Positions 1-13,169 of a DNA stretch of 64,000 nt are shown here, in pieces. Location of the stretch: the NCBI RefSeq assembly GCF_001194135.2, contig NC_068981.1, positions 22,925,601-22,989,600 of the forward strand, written 5' to 3'. The stretch is from Octopus bimaculoides (Eukaryota). Within the stretch, counting starts at the first letter, position 1, and each line of letters starts with the position of its first letter. The notes under the pieces are model-generated. The model was not told the DNA's origin. It did no database searches and saw only the letters and a list, made by a program, of their open reading frames with translations. The position numbers were made by a program, and so were the translations under genes.

Positions 1-38
<38 letters not shown>

Positions 39-74
39 GCATGTGTATATATATATAACATGCATCATTACAGC

Positions 75-285
75 AAAACAGTTCCGTATAATGAACCAAT
101 AAAACTGCCTCTACATAGTTGCTCAATCTGTTAAAAATATCAGACAAATTTTCCTCAAACTAACCTTAGAGAACACATTGGATAATGTCATCCTAATCAC
201 ACAATGCCTTGGAAAATAGATGTGCTGATCATGGCTGGAACAGCTATCATCAGGTCTGCTTAGGGGCTAAATGAGAACATACTAT
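75..285 (+). repeat. Old dispersed repeat with a (CAA)n-like tail ('family G')
   Basis: Motifs aaat-ttcctcaaa...cacattggataatgt-gtccta...catggctggaa...gggctaaa recur at ~17030-17250, 32845-33065, 51110-51310, 62225-62340, 63365-63555. Confidence 0.6.
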
Positions 286-409
286 GTGTAGTGTAGCTTG
301 AATTATAGATCATATTGAGGGGTTTTAGCTGTTAGTGGCTTTTAACCATAAATAGTTTATTCATAATATTCATGTTTTTCTCTTTTGTATTAAAATGCTT
401 TTTTCTTTT

Positions 410-443
<34 letters not shown>

Positions 444-616
444 NNNNNNNNNNNNNNNNNNNNNNNNNNNNNNNNNNNNNNNNNNNNNNNNNNNNNNNNN
501 NNNNNNNNNNNNNNNNNNNNNNNNNNNNNNNNNNNNNNNNNNNNNNNNNNNNNNNNNNNNNNNNNNNNNNNTTTTCCTTTAAATATTTTAATCTAATGGT
601 ATAAAATCAGTACATA

Positions 617-617
617 G

Positions 618-710
<93 letters not shown>
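617..710. repeat. (ATT)n microsatellite
   Basis: About 30 ATT units. Others at 6926-7072, 7333-7384, 8152-8182, 13838-13890. Confidence 0.95.
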
Positions 711-711
<1 letters not shown>

Positions 712-1918
712 TCCCAAAAACTAATGGCATGATTAATACACATAACATTCCTGGTACATTCACAGTTTATCTCTAGAATTAGTATATATCATTTTCTGAT
801 AATATGAAATTTTTACATTTTACATCAAATTCATAAAAATTTACACCATCATTATTCCATAAATTATAACCAGAATTAATAACATAATGAAACCTGCAGA
901 ATGAATTTGAGTTTGGTTGTGTTTATAATGTAATTAAGAATATATATCAAAAGATTTAAATATGATATAAATCTTCATGATATAGCCATATCATTGTTTG
1001 TAATATAATACAATTGTGATATCTGAAGTTTTGCACATGGCATTAATCCAACTCTTGATATCCAGTGTTTTTTTGTCTTTTATCCCTTTATTATACATTT
1101 TATCCCTTTATTATACATTATACATTTATTATATATTCTTATTCACAGTATATTTAGGCCTTTAATATGCAATGTTTATGAATATTTTTTTGTAAATTAT
1201 GAGTTTATGATATCCAAAGTTCCCGATATATACCTACATTCACTACTTAGAATATCCACATAAAGAAAGGCTTTCATATGCATGTAAAATTATATTTAAA
1301 AAAAAAAAGATTGTGAGACAATGCTGTAAAAAAAATCAAGCCAAAACTAATAATGCAATGTTTTATTTCTTTATACATACACACACATTATATATATATA
1401 TATATATATATATATTACATTAGAAAAGTATGTTTAAAACTGGTCAGAGATAATCACAATTATACTGTGACGTCTTTACAAGTTCATAAACCAACCATCT
1501 CTATCTCATCTAAAAGATATAGGATAGATAACTTTCATTCACGATACGGTTCAACATTCCATTAATAATAATATCTGATCTGTGAACACCATAAGCTTAT
1601 TTATACTGTATTACAATATATGATGTATGAATACATCGTGTGGTTCAAAAAGATTTCATGATTAAAAACAAACACATGGAATAGTCATTCTGTTATTCTA
1701 AGTACGTTTTATCTTATGGAATATTATCAGATTTTATTTATGTTTGTATAGAAAATAGAAAAACTGCAGGAATAGTGTAGTATTCATAGATTAAATGTTG
1801 CTTTAACATTTGTATTTCAGTATAAATAAAAGTATAATTATGTATTTTCATATTTTTCCTCACCATGTTGAATGTTTGTAATCTTTATACAATTTTGAAA
1901 TCATGGTTATTGACATAT

Positions 1919-2335
1919 AGGTGGAACCATAGCTGTGTGGTTAAAAAGCTTGTTTTGCAACCATACTAATTCAGGTTCAGTCCCACTGCATGGCATCTTG
2001 GGCATTTGTCTTCTTACTATAGACCTGAGTTGATACATGCCTTGTGAATGAATTTGACAGGTGGAAATTGTGTGGAAGCCCATATATATATATATATGTA
2101 TGTATATGCCTGTGTGTGTATGTGTTTTTGGATCTGTTTTTGTCACCCTGTGAACACTTGACAACAGGTGTTGCTTTGTTTATATTCCCAAACTTGGTGA
2201 TTCAACAAACGTGACCAATAGAATAAATACCAGCCTTTAAAATAAAGTACCTAGATCAATTTGTTTGAATAAAACCCTCCAAGTCAGTGTTCCAGCATGG
2301 CTGCAGTCCAATGACTGATACATTTAGACTTCTAA
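1919..2335 (+). mobile_element. Family A SINE, diverged copy
   Basis: Recognisable head (ggttcagtcccactgcatggcatcttgggca) and tail (ccagcatggctgcagtccaatgactga). A similar diverged + copy lies at ~5200-5770. Confidence 0.7.
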
Positions 2336-4257
2336 GTATGGTTATGTTTAACCTGAAAACTGCATGTGTACACATGTACAAATGCATGCACATATGCAGA
2401 CACTCATGTATGATTTCCTTTTTAAATCCTATAAAGTCTTATTAACCCTACCTTTTAAATTCTATTTATGACTTTCAGGCAGTTCCTGAGGCCAAAAATA
2501 TTGTTTAGCCATGCACCCCATATGTAGCAAGTAGTTTATATTTTGATGTCAAATCTGCATGTATTTTCATTTTGTGGAAACAAATGAAAAAATATATGGA
2601 TTATTTTCTTTTAACATCTCAAAACACAGTATGTAAATATTTATGTCTGTGTACATTGTATGTGTATACATGTGTTTGTTTATGTGTGTGTGTGTGTCAT
2701 TGTTATCATTTTTACTTCCTTTTTCCATGCAGGCATGGCTTGGAGGAGTCTTAATTCCCAAAGTAGTTCTTATTCAGAGTTACTGCCCTTCTTACTTGCA
2801 CATCTGTGTGCTGTGTGGATGGATGGATGGATGGATCTTTGTTGGTACTAATAAGTATTCTGTTATTCAATCAACTGATTACCTGCTTATTGAATTTGAA
2901 TGTTAGTGGATGAGCATTGCACAAGATATATGTCACCATGATATGATTCCCAGTTGGAATCAACATGACACAGTGTGTGACAAGGCTGTGCCTTTAAATT
3001 ACATGTGTAGTCCATCTGATGAGCTTCTATATAGTTTTTGTTGACTCAATTTTACTTGCAAAATATTGGTTAACTCAAGCAAAAGAAAATGACAAGATGT
3101 CATGTGTATATGCACACTCTCAGTTATATATCAGAAGGGGCATTTTGCTAATAAAAACACACACTGGTTGTTGTTCATTTCTTTATTGTTAATTAGTTAA
3201 TTAATTGTTGGTTTGCTAAGGTCTCTCACCACACAATTGTGATCTTTTCAATATCCTGACAGTTTAAGAAGCCACCTACCATGAAACTTCAAAATAACCC
3301 TTGTCCCCTTATATATGTGTGGGATACATGTGTCTGTGTTGTACACACACACACACACATACACACACATGTATATATAATTTTTATTAGTGGAAATTGA
3401 AGTAGATAAAGTAATAATAGGTAAATATTGGGTTAAAACCTCTTTTGGATAGAAAATGAGAAATGAGAAAAGGCTGCCCATGAGATTTGAACCCACATCT
3501 TCTGTGGACATGACAGATATTCTACAATTGGACCAAAGCAACTCTTATGGATGATAGGGGAGAAGATGTACGGAATATGAAGGTCTTCTTGCATTTTCTC
3601 CTGCCAGCTGGTGTGCTGAGTGATTAAAATAAAATACCAGAGCCATTGCTTTAGGGCTTTCCAAGCCTATCAGGAATTTCGTCAGGTCGTATCGGACTCA
3701 ATTTTTTTATCTTGGTAACACGAGGCAAGATTTGAACTTAGAATCCACAGCACCAAACCAAATACTACAAGGCATACCACTTGATGTTCTAACAATCCTG
3801 CTAATCCATCACCTGAGACTATTTTATCTACACTAAAAAAGATGAATGACAAAGTTTACTTCGTTGGCATTTGAACTCCGAGTGAAGAGAAGCTGAACAA
3901 ATATTGCACAGTATTCAATCCAATATTCTATTAAGTCCACAACTGACCACGTTTGTATGTGTGTGTGTGTATGTGTTCGTGTATGTGTGTGTGTTGTGTG
4001 TAGATAGTGTCAGTGTGTATGCACCCTTCTCTCCATATATACGTGTGTGTATAGTAAGCTCAACTAACACGCATAGACATACATTGAAACCTATCAATAT
4101 ATTTCATAAACACTTGTTGTTCAAGATAAACATGTTTTGATGTTTGTTGTTGAACAGGAAAAAAATATACAAAACAAACCATCTTTTACATCGTTCTTTC
4201 TCTTTCTACACAAAATTTTCCATTTATCTTTTATTCTTTACATTTTTATTTGATTAG

Positions 4258-4400
4258 AACTGGTGCCATCCATGTTGGAGACAAGCTTCTGGCAATTAAT
4301 GGCAACACAACCAGAGGATGTAATTTGTCTGAAGCTATAAACATGTTGCAGCTTGCTGGAGATTTAGTGACGTTAAAAATCTCTCGAACTGTAGAAAAAA
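4258..4400 (+). CDS. GRIP1: GRIP-like multi-PDZ protein, exon encoding the second half of PDZ6
   Basis: Acceptor tttatttgattag|A (phase 2) and donor A|gtaagt (phase 1). Translates (R)TGAIHVGDKLLAINGNTTRGCNLSEAINMLQLAGDLVTLKISRTVEK, closely resembling GRIP1 PDZ6 as recalled (RTGAIHIGDRILAIN...LSEAIHLLQMAGETVTLKI). Not in the ORF track on this strand. GRIP1 versus GRIP2 cannot be distinguished; probably a single invertebrate ortholog. Confidence 0.93.
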
Positions 4401-5947
4401 GTAAGTGAAGAAATAGGTCTTTTTTTTTCTCTTTCTTTTTCGATACTAGTATCAATATGTAGTGGAACTTCTGGGTGGTGAATTAGTTGGTTAGTTAGCA
4501 TCTATTTATTCCATTCCATGTGCTTCATTCTAGTCTATTATAATGCCAGTCCAGGACTCTAGGTAGTAATATATCACTGTATTATACCAGTTAAAGAAAA
4601 GATAAATAGCTGAAGAGTTTAATAGTTCTTATATAAAAATGTCTCTATGCAAGCATCATTTGAGAATGTTTGAGGAATTCTTATATATTTCCATATATTA
4701 TTTTGATTTTGTATTTGGTTTGTAAGATTCTTGATGTGAACTTATGCATTGAGACATATTCTGTTGTATCACAGGAGGGCCATTATTATGCCAATAATAA
4801 CACACACACTTCTTTATTTTTACTTATCAATTGGTTAAATATTTAACCAATTAACTAATCGATTGTTTGATTAGTCATTCAGTCAGTTAGTCAATCAATT
4901 AGCTAAGTCTGTCAAAGTCCTTTCATCATTTGCAATCTTATAAATGATATGCTTTCTCTAAACCAGATCAACTTCAGGTCAATCTGTTTCAGGCAGGCAA
5001 ATATATTTATCATAGAAAGAGTAGACAGATCTTTGGAAGTTGAGTCTGTGATACTTGTCTGATTCTTTATTGAGTTGTTTCCTTTAGTTTACTCCTCATA
5101 CTTGCAATTCCTGTAAAGAGTTAAACATGTTGAAGAAGGATTGATTGTGTTTACAGTTTGATTGTATTACAATAAATCATGAGATGTTGTCTTAAATGTG
5201 CAAGAATGGCTATGCGGTTAAAAAGCTTGCTTTGTAACCACATGGTCTCCGGTACAGGCCCACTGTGTGATACCTTGGGATAGTGCTGTTTACCATAACC
5301 TTTGGCCAACCAAAACCTTGTGAGTGAATTCGGTAGACAGAAACTGCATCGAAGCCTATCATGTGTGTGTGAGCATGCATCTTGGTATTTGTCTCCCACC
5401 ACCACTTGGCAACTGATGTTGGTTTGTTTACATCCCTGGAACGTAGTGTTTCAGCAAAAGAGGCCTGTAGAATAAGCGCCAGACAGTATTCCCACTATTC
5501 AGTATCACACAGTATTCCCACTATAACAGGAATAGGTTGGACGTCATCCCTGCTGGATTCCTGGTAGAGTAGGTAATGAATAACATGTGTAGTAAAAGAA
5601 TATGGAACTATTTTTATGCTCAGGAGCGCAAGTGGAGGGTAAAGTTAGACACAAGGGCCCAGGTCTGAGAAAGCCAGAAAATAAATACAAGGATCGAGTT
5701 GTTTATCTGAATACTTCAAGGCAGTGCCCCAGCATGGCCACGATCCAATGACAGACAGATAAAAGATAAAAGGTTAATATAATAAAGAATTTCTGTGCAT
5801 GGGTTTTCATTTATATTTTCGTAAAAATTCTGTACATTAAACTTAGCAATACTTAATTGTATTAAAAACATTTTTGCATTCATCTTTTTTAAATATCTTA
5901 TTACTTTTAATTCTTACTTATATATTTATCTATCTATTATTTTAAAG

Positions 5948-5991
5948 CTACAACAAAGAAAAGGTTTGAAAATGGCAAGAGAGGTTATTCC
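5948..5991 (+). CDS. GRIP1: GRIP-like short linker exon (44 nt)
   Basis: Long AT/pyrimidine tract ending tttaaag|, donor CC|gtaagt. Phase 1 in and phase 0 out, exactly bridging exon 4258-4400 to the phase-0 exon at 17684. Open frame (T)TTKKRFENGKRGYS. Confidence 0.7.
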
Positions 5992-6094
5992 GTAAGTATT
6001 TTTGATTTACAGTTATTTTACTTCGAAAAGTATCCCTTCTTTAATTGTGAATGAAACGTGTTAAGAAATACAGGGTTTTACAGTTCCCTGAACA

Positions 6095-6925
6095 ATATGG
6101 AGGTTTCTGCTGGCAGAATTATTAAAGCATTGGTCAAAATGCTTGCAATATTTCTTTTGGCTCTTTAAGTTCTTGGGGTCAATAGAATAGAGTTCCAGTC
6201 AGATAGAAGGGTTGATGTTATCAAGTTACCCCTCTTCTTAAAGTCGCTGACCTCATGTCAAAGTTTGAAACCATGAGGCAACAAGCTAACAGAATTATTA
6301 CCACATTAGACAAAATGCCTTGTGGTATTACTTTCGGCTCTGTATCATCTGGGTTCAAATCCCAGTGGGGTCAGCTTTGTTTTATATCTTTTCAGGATCG
6401 ACGAAATAAAATACCAGTCAAGAAGCAGGGTTGATGGTATTAACTGACTCCCTCCCCTCAAACCTACTGGCAATCTTGTGTCAAATTTTGAAACGGTAGA
6501 GCTGTGAGCTGACATAATTACTGGTGCATTGGACATAATAATGCCTTGTTGTCTTTCTTTTGGCACTTTACATTCTAGGATCAAATCCCATTGAGGTCAA
6601 CTTTCCTTTTCATTTATTTGAAATCCATGAAATAAAGTGTATCATGTATTGGGATCTATGTAATTGACTAACCACCTCCTCCTAAAAATTGCTAGCCTTG
6701 CGCCAAAATTTGAAACAATCATTATTAAGGTAGCAAGGTGGCGGAATTGTTAAGACACCGGACGAAATGCTTAATGGCATTTTGTCTGTCTTTACATTCT
6801 GAGTCCAAATTTTGCTGCAGTTGACTTCACCTTTCAGTCTTTTGGGGATTGATAAAATATGTACCAGTTAAGTATTGAGGCTGATGTAATCGACTAGCCC
6901 CCTCCCTTGAAATTTCAGGCTTTGA

Positions 6926-6977
<52 letters not shown>

Positions 6978-7339
6978 CATTACTATTATTATTATTATTA
7001 TTATTATTATTATCATTACTATTATTATTATTATTATTATTATTATCATTACTATTATTATTATTATTATTACTAAGGCAGTGAGCTGGCAGAATTGTTA
7101 ACATGCCTGGAAAAATGCTTATCTGCATCTTGTCATCTTCACGTTCTNNNNNNNNNNNNNNNNNNNNNNNNNNNNNNNNNNNNNNNNNNNNNNNNNNNNN
7201 NNNNNNNNNNNNNNNNNNNNNNNNNNNNNNNNNNNNNNNNNNNNNNNNNNNNNNNNNNNNNNNNNNNNNNNNNNNNNNNNNNNNNNNNNNNNNNNNNNTT
7301 CAGGCCTTGTGCCTGCCTATAGTAGAAAGGATTATTATG

Positions 7340-7386
<47 letters not shown>

Positions 7387-8149
7387 GACTGCGAGCTGGT
7401 GGAATCATTGCTGCACTGGACAAAATGCTTAGCAGCATTTCCTCTGGACTTATGATACAAGTTCAAATGTTGCCGAGGTTATTTTGCCTTTCATCTTTTG
7501 TAAATAAGTACCAGTTGAGTACTGGGGCTGATGTAATCAACTTACTCTCACCCTTGAACTTGGTGGCCTTGTGCCAAAATTTGAAACCATCATCATCATC
7601 ATCATCCTCGTCATTATTATTTTTATGACAAGCAGGTAGGAATGGTAGAATTGGTAGAGCAACAGACACCATCCTTTGCAGTATATAGTTATTTGTCTTT
7701 ACATTCTGAATATGAATTTCACCAAAAGTTGACTTTGCGTTTTTGCCTTTTATGGGTTGAGAAAATAAGTACCAGACAAATACTATAGTCAATATCAACT
7801 GTCCTTTACTCACAAAATGTGTAGCCTTGTGCTTATATCATAAATCATCGTCATCCTCAGTGTCGTTATTAAGGTCGTTGCCAGTGCCGCTGGACTGGCT
7901 CCTGTGCAGGTGGCATGTAAAAAATACAATTTGAGCGTGGCCGTTGCCAGTACCGCCTGACTGGCCCTCGTGCCGGTGGCACGTAAAAGCACTCACTACA
8001 CTCTCAGAGTGGTTGGCATTAGGAAGGGCATCCAGCTGTAGAAACTCTGCCAGATCAGATTGGAGCCTGGTGCAACCATCTGGCTCACCAGTCCTCAGTC
8101 AAATCGTCCAACCCCTGCTAGCCAGGAAAGTGGACGTTAAACGACGATG

Positions 8150-8184
<35 letters not shown>

Positions 8185-8640
8185 GGCAGAGAGTTGGCAG
8201 AATCATTAACATGCCAGACAAAATGCTTAGTGGCATTTCTTCCAGCTTTGCTTTCTGAGTTCAAATTCCGCCAAGGTTGACTTTGCCTTTCATCCTTTCG
8301 GTGTTTATAAAATGCGTACCAGTAAAATACCATGGCCAATGTAATCAACTTATCCCCTTCTCCGAAATTGCTGGCCTTGTACCAGAATTAGAGACCGTTG
8401 TTATTATTATTATATTAGAGCAGCAAACTGACAGAATCATTAGTACGCTGGCCAAAATGCTTAGCGGCATTTTGTCCATTGTAATGATCTGAGTTCAAAT
8501 TCCACCACGGTTAACTTTACCTTTCATCCTTTCAAAGTTGCTAAAATTAAGTACCACTTAAGTACTGAAATCAACATAATTGACTAACCCATTCACCCTT
8601 AGATTTTCAGGTCTTGTACCTAAATTACTAACAACTATTA
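6095..8640 (+). mobile_element. Head-to-tail array of ~9 copies of a tRNA-headed SINE ('family B', ~215 bp, (ATT)n tail)
   Basis: Recurrent unit GGCAGnGAGCTGGCAGAA...AAATGCTTAG...GAGTTCAAATTCC...GACTTTGCCTTTCATCC...GGCCTTGTGCC followed by ATT repeats. Starts near 6095, 6275, 6496, 6727, 7075, 7385, 7627, 8183, 8417. A family C element is interposed at 7866-8150. Confidence 0.85.
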
Positions 8641-8710
8641 TCATAAAAGTAATGGATGGCAGAATTGCTGGCTCACTGGATGAAATGCCATGCAGTATTT
8701 CATTAGATTC

Positions 8711-9100
8711 TTTTTTACTCTTTTACTTGTTTCAGTCATTTGACTGTGGCCATGTTGGAGCACCGCCTTTAGTCAAGCAAATCGACCCCAGGACTTATTC
8801 TTTGTAAGCCTAGTACTTATTCTATCGATCTCTTTTTGCCGAACCGCTAAGTTGCGGGGACGTAAATACACCAGCATCGGTTGTCAAGCGATGGTGGGGG
8901 GACAAACACAGACACACAAACACACATACATATATACGACGGGCTTCTTTCAGTTTCCGTCTACCAAATCCACTCACAAGGCTTTGGTCGGCCCGAGGCT
9001 ATAGTAGAAGACACTTGCCCAAGGTGCCATGCAGTGGGACTGAACCTGGAACCATGTGGTTGGTAAGCAAGCTACTTACCACACAGGCACTCCTGCGCCT
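8711..9100 (-). mobile_element. tRNA/CORE-like SINE ('family A', ~390 bp, central TA/CA microsatellite), full length
   Basis: On minus: AGGCGCAGGAGTGcCTGTGTGGTAAGTAGCTTGC...GGTTCAGTCCCACTG...CCTTGGGCAAGTGTCTTC...GACTGAAACAAGTAAAAGAG. A-box/B-box-like motifs and a MIR-CORE-like CCTTGGGCAAGT are present. More than 15 copies or half-copies occur in the window. Confidence 0.88.
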
Positions 9101-10404
9101 TCAACTTCTGAGATTAAATCTCACCAAGGTCAGCTTTACCGTTCATCCTTCCAGGATCAGTAAATTGAACTACCACTCAATGTACTGGACTTCATATAAT
9201 TGATTACACTTTACTCCAAAATGTTTGGCTAAGTACATCATTATAATTTTAAATGTCTGCTTTACCATGTGTGCATGGGTTGGACAGTTTATTGAAACAG
9301 ATTTTCTGTGGCCAGATGCTCTTCCTATTACTGATCCTTACCTCTTTCCAAGCAAAACAATATTTCCCCATGCCCAAACATGTTTTTGCACAGTATTGGA
9401 AATGAATGACATTCATTTACAACAATCATATGAGGATTAGACAAGAAGACACAAATACTCTCTCTAATCTCAGACTAAATCCTATCAAATATTAAGTTTT
9501 GGCTTTTTATATTCTCAGTTCAAATTCTGCAAAAGCTAACTTTCCTTTTCATGCTTCTAGGTTTAAGACTGATACAATAAAAACATATCTTAAGCAAGTT
9601 AGAAACAGTTTTACTTTATTTTTATTGTGTTGATTCTATTTCTTCATATATTTTTCTATTTAAACTAAATTATTTTTCTTGTGACTCAAGTTTCATGCCA
9701 CTGAAATCATCAGGCAAGAACTGTCTTCTTTCGGTATTCAGGTTGGTTTTATATACTTTGAAGCTGGTTTTTCCTTTTGTCTATGGCTATCTTTTTTTTA
9801 ATTGGTTGGGTTCTAATGCTGTTTTGTTGTTGTTTTATTGAAATATTTTCTATAGTTGTTGTCATTTCATTTGTCAATTTATTGGTGGTTCTATTTTTTG
9901 TTGGTTGGCATCATTGTTGTATGTCTACGTTTTTTTTACCAAAATTATGCATCTGTAAATTTGTTTTTCTTGAATTATCTTTTTATTGTTTTCTATTGAC
10001 TAATTCAGTCATCTTTTTCTTTCTGCTTGTCAACTGTATTCTTATATCTTGTTTTGTCAAAGTTGTTTATTTGTTTATCATTTATTTATTGGCCAATTCA
10101 ATAGTCATTCTCTATCTGCTTGTTAATTATGTAATTAATATCCTGTTTTGTGAAATTGTCTGCTTTGAAGTCTGTCAACATTATAACTTCTAATTTTATA
10201 TATAAAGTTACGAAAATTGTTTTTGATATATTCTGTAAGGAGTTTATATTTGTTATGTGGTGTCTTTAAACTGTTGTTCTTTTCTATGATCTAATTTGCT
10301 GATTACTTTGTTTCATTGATCTGTTGGTGTTGGCAGTTTTGAGTTCCACTGCTATTTTCACTGACATTATTTAATAGGTTGTTTACCCTGTTTGCAGTTC
10401 AGAC

Positions 10405-10660
10405 AAGTCTTAAAAAGGGAATTTATTCTGGTGCCTGCAGTGGGACATCCTCTCAGTTCTTCTGTTGAGCAAGCTTATTTCGTGCATAATTGTAATGTTT
10501 TTCTGTTTCATGGTGGCGTATCTAAGAACCATTTGTGTATTAAAAGGCATGTCTATTATTGCCAACTTTATATTATCCTCCCTTAGTCCCAAACGTTCTT
10601 TGATGAATAGATGGCAGGAGTGATGAATGGACTGACCAACCAACAGATGCATGAATGGGA
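10405..10660 (-). mobile_element. Penelope-like element C-terminal remnant
   Basis: ...HEISLLNRRTERMSHCRHQNKFPF resembles the LLNKRSE...CRHxNKF C-terminus of GIY-YIG Penelope-like ORFs, as recalled. Confidence 0.55.
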
Positions 10661-11130
10661 GCGCACAAACATGCACACAAATGCTGAAGAGAAGTTCATT
10701 CTCTAACCTAATTATCTCTATATGTGTGTACTTAGATCAAGGAAAAGTGATGGCCTGTTCATCTACATTTATATAGTTTCAACAGTCAGTTGTGATAGAC
10801 ATAGCTAGCACCAGATATTAACACTTTTGATACCAACCTGCCTGAGACAGCCTTTGATTCTATTATACAAAACTCTTTCTATATATTTATATGTAAATGT
10901 AGTGAATTGCTTCAAATACTTGATTATTTAAAAAAATTAACTAAAGCCTATAGAGAGTATTTATTTCCTTAGAAATGTGGTCCCAAAAGAGTCAAACCCA
11001 TGATAATTTGTAAATATTAAGTACTGTTTGTTGAGATCAAGTATTCTGAAGTAAAAATCATTTTTAAATAATGATATTCACTTTTGTCTTTATCTTCATT
11101 CGGTACTAAATCACTTCAAATTTCTTTCAG

Positions 11131-11160
11131 CAAGCGTCACCACTGCGCCACCAAGTAACT
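11131..11160 (+). CDS. Candidate 30-nt symmetric GRIP microexon (QASPLRHQVT)
   Basis: Acceptor aaatttctttcag| with an upstream tactaaa branch-like motif; donor |gtgagt. GC-rich island in AT-rich intron; open in phase 0, which fits both flanking exons. Confidence 0.5.
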
Positions 11161-12874
11161 GTGAGTGTATCAATGGTTTATGATTTTGGGTTCTTTGTTT
11201 TGTTTTGTATTTCTTCTTTTACCAAGAAGCTCATGGCTTAACAGTTTCCCCCATCCCTCTATTGATACAAACTACTATATTTCAAATTATGTATGATTTT
11301 TTTTCATTCCCCTGGCTTGTATCTTCAAATGTGCTCTCCATCTTATCGTGCTTAATTATATTCTTCAAAATGCTTACATTTCTACCATGTGATATTCATT
11401 GCAGTTGCAATAGCTATAACAGGAATATATTGGTAGTAGTAGTAGTGTGTGTGGTGGCACTGATCCATTGCTCTACAAGAATTTTATCCACCTTTAGAAA
11501 CTAAAATTTGGTAAATTTTTGGCAATGATTTGCTAATACTGACGGCTAATTTGGGTCTATTTCCATAAAGTTCAGTATTCATCATGTTAGACTGACAAAA
11601 ATGTTTCTATCAGTATTTTCTCCCAATCCATTTTAGGATGGTGTTCCTAATTCAGAAAGCCATTGATATCACCTAAATCTCATAACTCCTTGGACTTCTG
11701 GCTCACCATTAAAGATTTTGTCTTCATGTAGCATAATTAGAATATCTGCTTCTTAGCTTGTGTGTGTGTGTGTGAGTGAGACATAGTTATTTGTGAATTT
11801 GAAGTTGGTACCCTGCTCATCGGTGGTCTCACTGTTTACAACAGCAATAACCTTCACTAACCTATAGTGAATATCTACACAGGTAGATAGAGCTATTTGA
11901 CAGCATACACGACCATTTTTGGGGACAAATATTTTGCTTCAGGCTATATTATTGTGCCAGTGAAGCATCATATTAAGTTGTAAAAAAAGGAGAAAATGAA
12001 TGGTTTAAAAATAATGCATTCATAAGCAATGGACATACTGAAGACAGGTTGAAGATAACTCAAAAGTAGATCCAACATCCCAATCAATGGTTCACTGTAT
12101 TGTTGAAGGTGTGACAAGAGGTATTTGTGCATTCAGCTTTTGATCTTGAGAGCTATTTCTTAGACTAAGTTCAGTTAGGTAAGTGTGCAATTTAAGGCAT
12201 TCTTCCAGGATAGACATATATAGATTTAGCACTGCTAGATTTAGACATCATCTCATCCTAAACTATAACCCTTAGGTGTTCCTTGTTAAAAAAAAAAAAT
12301 AGACCAAAAGGTCTCCCAAGATTTAAAAACATGTGCTTTTCAATTATTTTGAAGCCTTTATGATTTGTAAGGCCCTAAACCAAAGTTTGTTTAGCATATT
12401 CTTAAACCCAGCACTAATTCTATGATGTTTCTGATTGTTGATAAAGAAAATTCTCTACAATCATTCATAAACCACAATTTCCTGAATAAGCTACCATATA
12501 TAAGTCATAATAATTTCCAGAATATTTTTACTCTGAAAGTATATAAATACAGTCGTTTTGAATTTACTATTGCTTTATTTGAAGTAGAATATAAACAAAA
12601 AATAAACATTCATAGAATCTTTTTGTCTCAACTAAGTTTTATTTTTAATTAAAAATTCTTCTATTTTACATAAATAGCTCTAACATTGACATACTCTATG
12701 CAATAAATCACTCTGAGTAATTTTAGTATCACATTTTTATTGCGTGTCAGCAGTTTGCATGCGATAAAAACATATCTCTCAAGTAACAAGAGTAAAATTA
12801 AGACAACAGACATTGATATTGTTAAATAAACAAGGAAAACAATTAAAACCTTGTGTGTGTACACGTGGGTGTAA

Positions 12875-12906
<32 letters not shown>

Positions 12907-13169
12907 ATANNNNNNNNNNTATATATATGTATATATATATATATGGGTGCAGGCATGGACATATGATTAAGAAATTCATTTTGATACCATGTGGTTTAGT
13001 GTTCATTTCGACTGCATGGACACTGTCAGCTATTTTCTATGATAGATATTGGTTGAGTTGACCAATGCCATGTATAAAATTTGATCAACAGAAACTAGAG
13101 GTTCATTGTATATATATATGTACATATGAGCATATGTGTGTGCATATATACACATACACACACATATAT

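Noticed and set aside
6868-7128. Poly-Asn / poly-Ile ORFs and the many YIYI/HTHT/CVCV ORFs
   Set aside because: Translations of (ATT)n, (TA)n and (CA)n microsatellites.
9777-10193. 138-aa hydrophobic ORF resembling a membrane protein
   Set aside because: A by-product of T-rich strand skew; no splice context or family motif.
12164-12178. ttcttag|ACTAAGTTCAGTTAG|gtaagt possible 15-nt microexon
   Set aside because: Ends in TAG in the required phase 0 and has no other support. A poison exon cannot be excluded.
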